From Vibrio tubiashii (GTDB lineage: Bacteria; Pseudomonadota; Gammaproteobacteria; Enterobacterales; Vibrionaceae), in contig JRWQ01000001.1 of assembly GCA_000775715.1 (NCBI GenBank), positions 616,923 to 648,922 of the forward strand: 32,000 nucleotides of DNA, given 5' to 3'. Below, piece by piece: positions 26,653 through 32,000 of the stretch (positions are counted from its first letter, which is position 1; each line of letters opens with the position of its first letter). The notes under the pieces are model-generated. The model was not told where the DNA came from and did not search any database. It saw nothing but the letters and a program-made list of their open reading frames with translations. Both the position numbers and the translations under genes were made by a program.

Positions 26653-27954
26653 TTAGTAGCCAAGTACAAGGTTAGGCAAGAAAAGGCTTAGCTGAGGAAT
26701 AAAGGTCACTGCCATTAGTGCTGCAATCAGTGCAACATAGAATGGCAGCAGAGGCTTAATCACTTTGTCGATGGCAACGTTTGCCACAGAACAACCAATG
26801 AACAACGCACTACCTACTGGTGGGGTACAGATACCGATAGCTAAGTTGAAGGTCATCATGATGCCAAAGTGTACCGGGTCGATACCCATATCCAGTGCGA
26901 TTGGCAGGAAGATAGGCGTGAAGATCAGTACCGCTGGCGTCATATCCATGAAGATGCCGACAATCAGCAGAATGATGTTGATGATGAGTAGAATCATCAG
27001 TGGGTTATCTGAGATTGCTAATAAGCCATCCGCGATCATGTAAGGAATATCGGCGTTCGCCATTGCCCAAGACATGCCCATGGAAGCGCCTACGAGCAGT
27101 AAGACGATAGAAGTGGTGACCGCAGACTCTAAGATGATTTTAGGTAGATCGCGCCATTTTACTTCTCGGTAAATCAGTACCGCGAGGGTGAAGGTGTACA
27201 CTACCGCGATAGCAGAGGCCTCTGTCGCCGTAAAAATACCGCCAATGATGCCACCCATGATGATCACAATCAGTGCCAGAGACGGCGCTGCTTTTATGAA
27301 GGTATCCCAGATCAAGGCGATTGAAGGGCGTGCTGCTACTGGGTAACCACGGCGTTTTGCAATGATACCTGCTACCACCATAATACTGAGCCCCATGAGT
27401 AAGCCAGGAATGTAACCGGCCAAGAACAGAGCCGCGATAGACGTGCCACCAGAGACCAACGAAAATACGATAAGCGTGTTGCTTGGTGGGATTAACAAGC
27501 CTGAAGGGCAGGATGTGATGTTCACAGCAGCAGAGAAATTATCATCGTAGCCATCTTTCTTTTGCAGAGGAGACATGGTGCCACCCACAGCCGCCGCAGA
27601 TGCTACTGCTGAGCCAGAAATTGATCCAAACATCATGTTAGCCATCACATTTACGTGAGCTAGCGACCCTGGGAGACGACCACCTAACACCTTCGCGAAG
27701 TTTATCAATCGTAGTGCGATACCACCTTGGTTCATAATATTACCCGCCAAGATAAAGAACGGGATTGCTAAAAGTGCGAAGTTGTCTAGGCCTGCAGCCA
27801 TGCGCTGAGCCACTACTGCGATTGCAGGCTCGAGCGGGAGCCCCATTAAAATAGTCGCCAGAGAAGACAGACCGATAGCAAATGAGACCGGAACACCAAT
27901 CGCAAGTAAGAGTGCGAAGCTACCGAATAATGTGAGAATTAGTTGCCATTCCAT
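26653..27954 (-). CDS. dctM: TRAP transporter large permease (DctM family)
   Basis: 433 aa; FAIGLSSLATILMG, LLAIPFFILAGNIMNQGGIALRLI, DFMDMTPAVLIFTPIFLPI-type region, GICTPPVGSALFIG. Confidence 0.94.
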   Translation of the reverse strand: MEWQLILTLFGSFALLLAIGVPVSFAIGLSSLATILMGLPLEPAIAVVAQRMAAGLDNFALLAIPFFILAGNIMNQGGIALRLINFAKVLGGRLPGSLAHVNVMANMMFGSISGSAVASAAAVGGTMSPLQKKDGYDDNFSAAVNITSCPSGLLIPPSNTLIVFSLVSGGTSIAALFLAGYIPGLLMGLSIMVVAGIIAKRRGYPVAARPSIALIWDTFIKAAPSLALIVIIMGGIIGGIFTATEASAIAVVYTFTLAVLIYREVKWRDLPKIILESAVTTSIVLLLVGASMGMSWAMANADIPYMIADGLLAISDNPLMILLIINIILLIVGIFMDMTPAVLIFTPIFLPIALDMGIDPVHFGIMMTFNLAIGICTPPVGSALFIGCSVANVAIDKVIKPLLPFYVALIAALMAVTFIPQLSLFLPNLVLGY

Positions 27955-27968
27955 TTTGGAACCCTCTA

Positions 27969-28481
27969 TTAATCAAGTTGTGTGTCGGTGAGTAGATCTT
28001 CACCAGACATCAATTGTTTTATGCGGTCAAAAGCGAAAACTGCAGAGTAGAAAATCATCAGTGCGCCACTAATTGGAAGGCAGAAATAGATGTAGCCCAT
28101 CTCTAACCCAAGTGCCGGCGTTAGTTGACCCATGGAGAGTGTTTTGAGCGCTAGCTGGGTACCGCCATGCACCAGAACCACATACGAAAACAGAGCAATA
28201 GAGAATTGAATTACAATTTCATTCACCAGCTTTTTCTTACCTGTGAGTTTCATCGTCAAAAGGTCAATCGCGAGGTGACGTTTAAGACCAGTGGTGTAAG
28301 CGGCACCGATAAGGGCTACCCACATAAAGAGATAGCGAGCCAATTCATCTGTGACGGTGCTTGGTTTACCCAGTACGTAGCGTGAAAGCACCTGCCAAAC
28401 CACGCAGAAGACAAGAAAGGTCGAAAGAGAGACAGTGAATGCTGCCAACCCCCTGTTGATATACGTGACCAATTTATTCAT
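27969..28481 (-). CDS. dctQ: TRAP transporter small permease (DctQ family)
   Basis: MNKLVTYINRGLAAFTVSLSTFLVFCVVWQVLSRYVLGKPSTVTDELARYLFMWVALIGAAYTTGLKRHLAIDLL. Start trimmed from 28571 to 28481 behind an AAGGAA motif. Confidence 0.9.
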   Translation of the reverse strand: MNKLVTYINRGLAAFTVSLSTFLVFCVVWQVLSRYVLGKPSTVTDELARYLFMWVALIGAAYTTGLKRHLAIDLLTMKLTGKKKLVNEIVIQFSIALFSYVVLVHGGTQLALKTLSMGQLTPALGLEMGYIYFCLPISGALMIFYSAVFAFDRIKQLMSGEDLLTDTQLD

Positions 28482-28519
28482 TTTCATTTCCTTAAAGTAA
28501 ATACGCTGACTGTATAACA

Positions 28520-28533
28520 ATTGGTTTACCAAT
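28520..28533. promoter_or_regulatory. UxuR/ExuR-type operator upstream of dctQ
   Basis: ATTGGTTTACCAAT, perfect inverted repeat ATTGGT-nn-ACCAAT. Confidence 0.75.
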
Positions 28534-28633
28534 GTAGCGAGCGTATTTGAGTAGGGTCTCAAATCATGCATGTTGTTTTGATGGGATTATAATTTAGGTG
28601 AGTTGGTTGTCACGTGAGCAGGCTCACAAATGA

Positions 28634-28647
28634 ATTGGTTGACCAAT
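28634..28647. promoter_or_regulatory. UxuR/ExuR-type operator in the divergent dctQ-dctP intergenic region
   Basis: ATTGGTTGACCAAT, perfect inverted repeat ATTGGT-nn-ACCAAT. Confidence 0.75.
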
Positions 28648-28769
28648 ATATGGGTTAATAGTGTGATTTTGGTCAATCAATTTGGTTTTTTGTTTTGACG
28701 ATGGGTTTTTTGATCGCCAATAATGACCTCGAAACAAGAAATACTATGAAAACTTAAACTACCCTACAT

Positions 28770-28783
28770 ATTGGACAACCAAT
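28770..28783. promoter_or_regulatory. UxuR/ExuR-type operator variant just upstream of dctP
   Basis: ATTGGACAACCAAT (ATTGG-n4-CCAAT), 17 nt before ATG 28801. Confidence 0.55.
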
Positions 28784-28800
28784 CCATGGAGAATAAAACA

Positions 28801-29784
28801 ATGATGATGCGTAAGACTTTTTTAAGCGCTGTAGTTGGTGCTGCAATGACCTTCGGTGCGACGGCTTCTGCGTATGCTGCGACCACTTTGAAGCTGAGTC
28901 ACAACCACCCTCGAGACCATGCGGTGCATAAAGCTATGGACTTTATGGCAAAAGAAGTTCGAGAGATGACCGATGGCGAGGTTCGTATTCGAATTTACCC
29001 TGATGCACAGCTAGGCACTCAACGTGAATCCATGGAGTTAATGCAAAACGGTGCTCTAGATATGGTGAAGAGCAATGCGGCAGAATTGGAAGCTTTTTCT
29101 CCTGCTTATGCAGCATTTAACATGCCTTACTTGTTCCGCGATAAAGATCATTACTACAAAGTGACTGACGGTGAAGTTGGTCGTGAAATCCTAAATTCTT
29201 CAGCGGATAGCGGCTTTGTTGGGGTGACATATTACGATGCTGGTGCTCGTAGCTTCTACACCAACAAACCAATCAATACGCCTGAAGATCTAAAAGGTTT
29301 GAAAGTGCGAGTACAGCCAAGCCCATCAGCGATTGCGATGGTAAAAGCGCTAGGTGGTAACCCGACACCTTTGGCATATGGTGAGCTATACACAGCCTTA
29401 CAACAAGGCGTAGTCGATGCAGCCGAAAACAACATTCCGTCGTTTAGTTTGAGTCGCCATAGTGAAGTATCAAAGTACTTCAGCTTAGACGAGCACACCA
29501 TGGTGCCAGACGTATTGGTCATCTCGACTAAAATGTACGAAAAGCTAACCCCAGAACAGCAAAAAGCACTGATGAAAGCAGCAGCAGACTCTTCGGAATA
29601 TATGAAGAAGCTTTGGGCAGAGTCAGAAGCAAAAGAGCGTACAAAAGCTGAGAAGATGGGCGTAACTTTTGTTGAACCAAATAAAGCAGCATTCGTTGAA
29701 GCAGTTCAACCGATGTATGCGGACCTAGAGAAGACAAATACTGAATTAAATGAACTGGTTGAGAAGATCAAAGCGGTTAAGTAA
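28801..29784 (+). CDS. dctP: TRAP transporter substrate-binding protein (DctP family), probable hexuronate receptor
   Basis: Signal peptide MMMRKTFLSAVVGAAMTFGATASAYAA, then TTLKLSHNHPRDHAVHKAMDFMAKEVREMTDGEVRIRIYPDAQLGTQRESMELMQNGALDM. Start trimmed from 28771 to 28801. Confidence 0.93.
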   Translation: MMMRKTFLSAVVGAAMTFGATASAYAATTLKLSHNHPRDHAVHKAMDFMAKEVREMTDGEVRIRIYPDAQLGTQRESMELMQNGALDMVKSNAAELEAFSPAYAAFNMPYLFRDKDHYYKVTDGEVGREILNSSADSGFVGVTYYDAGARSFYTNKPINTPEDLKGLKVRVQPSPSAIAMVKALGGNPTPLAYGELYTALQQGVVDAAENNIPSFSLSRHSEVSKYFSLDEHTMVPDVLVISTKMYEKLTPEQQKALMKAAADSSEYMKKLWAESEAKERTKAEKMGVTFVEPNKAAFVEAVQPMYADLEKTNTELNELVEKIKAVK

Positions 29785-29843
29785 TTCTTAAACTATTTAG
29801 TGAGAAATAGTCGAAAACAAGGTGTTACCACATTCTGGTACAT

Positions 29844-29866
29844 AGAGGTTGACCAATTTCTATTGG
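29844..29866. promoter_or_regulatory. Degenerate UxuR/ExuR-type operator upstream of uxuR
   Basis: AGAGGTTGACCAAT (29844-29857) overlapping CCAAT-TTCT-ATTGG (29853-29866), 26 nt before the regulator ATG. Confidence 0.45.
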
Positions 29867-29891
29867 TCGTTATGATGGCGTGAGAAGTTAG

Positions 29892-30665
29892 ATGGAATAC
29901 AGTGATAATATCATCATGATGCCTTTTGAACCGAAAAGACCGTATCAAGAGATCGGTTTAGTCCTTAGACAAGAACTTATCAATGGCCGTTATGTGGTCG
30001 GAGATAGATTGCCGCCTGAGCGTGATATCGCAGAACGTCTCGACGTTAGTCGCACTGTTGTGCGTGAAGCGATCATCATGCTTGAGTTGGAAAACCTTGT
30101 CGAAGTGAAGAAAGGTTCTGGGGTGTATGTCATCAATATTCCATCTCAACCGAACTCTCGCGAGAACGTGATCAGCGATGATGCAGGTCCGTTTGAGATG
30201 CTCCAAGCTCGCCAGTTACTTGAAAGCAACATTGCTGAATTTGCAGCGATGCAAGTAACGCCAGGCGACATCGTGAAAATGCGTTCAGCCCTTGAGCTAG
30301 AGAGAGAAGAGCTCGCCAGTGGCACAGCAGATTGTAACGGTGATGAGAACTTCCATATGTGCATTGCAGAGGCAACTCAAAACTCTGTGCTGGTGGACAT
30401 GTTGAAGCAATCCTGGGAGCGACGTGAGAGCAGCCCAATGTGGAGTAAACTTCACTCTCATATTGCAGGTCAAGACTACCGTGAAGAGTGGTTAGACGAT
30501 CACGCCAAAATCCTCGCCGCATTGCAGCGTAAAGATCCTATCGCTGCAAAAAATGCCATGTGGCAACACCTAGAAAACGTTAAACAGCGCCTGTTGGAGC
30601 TGTCTGATGTCGATGACCCAAATTTTGATGGTTACTTATTCAGTTCAAACCCTGTCATTCTGTAG
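29892..30665 (+). CDS. uxuR: GntR-family (FCD domain) hexuronate regulator, UxuR/ExuR-like
   Basis: 257 aa; RPYQEIGLVLRQELINGRYVVGDRLPPERDIAERLDVSRTVVREAIIMLELENLVEVKKGSGVYV, DAGPFEMLQARQLLESNIAEFAAMQ, AMWQHLENVKQRLLELSDVDDPNFDGYLF closely match E. coli UxuR. Confidence 0.88.
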   Translation: MEYSDNIIMMPFEPKRPYQEIGLVLRQELINGRYVVGDRLPPERDIAERLDVSRTVVREAIIMLELENLVEVKKGSGVYVINIPSQPNSRENVISDDAGPFEMLQARQLLESNIAEFAAMQVTPGDIVKMRSALELEREELASGTADCNGDENFHMCIAEATQNSVLVDMLKQSWERRESSPMWSKLHSHIAGQDYREEWLDDHAKILAALQRKDPIAAKNAMWQHLENVKQRLLELSDVDDPNFDGYLFSSNPVIL

Positions 30666-30812
30666 GGTACTGAAAACGGTTAATCACATTGCCGGCTTCG
30701 GCCGGATCTAGTCAGTGTAGCTGCACTATCGTGGCTGCATATTATGAAGTCGTTGTGCACTTAGCTTGATAAATGCGAGCGGGTTAAGTGCGTCTTAAAG
30801 AAGGTGAGTGTC

Positions 30813-32000
30813 ATGGAACAAACTTGGCGTTGGTACGGTCCAAATGACCCTGTGTCGCTAGACGATATTCGTCAAGCAGGCGCAACAGGCATCGTGAATG
30901 CCTTACACCACATTCCAAATGGTGAAGTGTGGTCAAAAGAAGAGATTTTAAAACGCAAAGCCATCATCGAAGAGAAGGGCTTAACGTGGTCAGTGGTTGA
31001 AAGCGTACCAGTTCATGAAGAAATCAAAACTCAGACGGGTAACTTCCAACAATGGATCGACAACTACAAACAAACGTTGCGTAACCTTGCAGAGTGCGGC
31101 GTAGATACGGTCTGCTATAACTTCATGCCAGTACTTGACTGGACACGTACAGACCTAGAATTTGAAATGCCGGATGGATCTAAAGCGCTACGTTTTGACC
31201 AAATCGCCTTTGCGGCATTTGAATTACATATTCTTAAGCGCCCTGGCGCCGAAGCAGATTATACCGAAGAAGAACAAGCACAGGCTTTGGAATACTTCAA
31301 TAACATGACAGCGGAGCAAATCCAGCAACTGACAAGTAACATCATTGCAGGACTACCGGGGGCTGAAGAAGGTTACACGCTGGAAGAGTTCCAAGCACAA
31401 TTAGACCGCTACTTGGGTATCAGCAAAGACAAGCTTCGTGAGCACATGGCGCACTTTTTGACTGAGCTCATGCCAGTGTGTGAAGCGTATGGTTTGAAGC
31501 TAGCGGTACACCCAGACGATCCCCCGCGTCCAATTCTTGGCTTGCCGCGCATTGTTTCAACCATCGACGACATTGATTGGTTGACCGATAGAGTCCCAAG
31601 CAAAATGAACGGTTTAACCATGTGTACAGGTTCTTACGGTGTACGTGGTGATAACGACCTAGTGAATATGATCAAAAAGCATGGTGACCGAATTTACTTC
31701 ACTCACTTGCGTTCAACCAAGCGTGAAGAAAGCAATCCGATGACGTTCCACGAAGCAGCGCATCTTGATGGTGATGTGGATATGTACAACGTGGTGATGG
31801 CGATTTTGGATGAAGAACAACGCCGCGCAGAAGTGGGCGATCACCGTTTAATTCCAATGCGTCCTGACCACGGTCACCAAATGTTGGACGACTTGAAGAA
31901 GAAGACCAACCCTGGCTACTCTGCGATTGGCCGTTTGAAAGGTTTAGCTGAAGTGCGTGGTATGGAAATGGCTCTGAAGCGAGCTTTTTATACCAAATAG
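30813..32000 (+). CDS. uxuA: Mannonate dehydratase
   Basis: [51 protein letters not shown]... matches E. coli UxuA throughout. The stop TAG is the last codon of the window. Start trimmed from GTG 30804 to ATG 30813 behind AAGGTGAG. Confidence 0.96.
   Translation: MEQTWRWYGPNDPVSLDDIRQAGATGIVNALHHIPNGEVWSKEEILKRKAIIEEKGLTWSVVESVPVHEEIKTQTGNFQQWIDNYKQTLRNLAECGVDTVCYNFMPVLDWTRTDLEFEMPDGSKALRFDQIAFAAFELHILKRPGAEADYTEEEQAQALEYFNNMTAEQIQQLTSNIIAGLPGAEEGYTLEEFQAQLDRYLGISKDKLREHMAHFLTELMPVCEAYGLKLAVHPDDPPRPILGLPRIVSTIDDIDWLTDRVPSKMNGLTMCTGSYGVRGDNDLVNMIKKHGDRIYFTHLRSTKREESNPMTFHEAAHLDGDVDMYNVVMAILDEEQRRAEVGDHRLIPMRPDHGHQMLDDLKKKTNPGYSAIGRLKGLAEVRGMEMALKRAFYTK

Noticed and set aside
29792-29811. Stem-loop ACTATTT-AGTGAG-AAATAGT after dctP as a terminator
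   Set aside because: AU-rich stem with no following T tract; insufficient for a terminator call.
30172-30522. 116-aa minus-strand ORF opposite uxuR
   Set aside because: Shadow ORF; Cys/Leu/Ser-rich with no motif.
1-32000. Mobile element, phage, toxin-antitoxin or defence system
   Set aside because: No transposase, integrase, CRISPR repeat or recognisable defence gene was found; content is metabolic throughout.

Overview
This is a gene-dense, Vibrio-like chromosomal region with no rRNA, tRNA, CRISPR or transposase visible. It holds six blocks. (1) 1-3857: a glycyl-radical enzyme activase (truncated at the window start), a large glycyl radical enzyme and a DeoR-family regulator. (2) 3886-4779: a reverse-strand patatin-like protein. 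(3) 4927-8748: cdaR, a GntP-family permease and glycerate kinase. (4) 8960-14659: an ugpBAEC-like ABC importer, a DeoR-family regulator and a UgpQ-like glycerophosphodiester phosphodiesterase. (5) 14747-21145: a poorly understood yhf gene set (yhfZ, yhfY, php, yhfU, yhfT, yhfX, yhfW), reordered relative to E. coli and without yhfS in the window. (6) 22063-32000: a hexuronate block with eda, kdgK, uxaC, uxuB and TRAP permeases dctM/dctQ on the minus strand, then dctP, uxuR and uxuA on the plus strand. The best candidate for an undescribed system is the yhf block coupled to the ugp-like importer and phosphodiesterase. It is flanked on its far side by a 45-bp relic (84% identical by manual count) of the phosphodiesterase gene 3' end, which suggests the yhf block arrived by insertion or recombination. 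Candidate regulatory DNA includes ATTGGTnnACCAAT-type UxuR/ExuR boxes, AAACGAAAC repeats upstream of ugpB and a perfect ATCTTCA-n6-TGAAGAT palindrome just upstream of yhfZ. All family calls come from recalled protein similarity and motifs; no database search was run.
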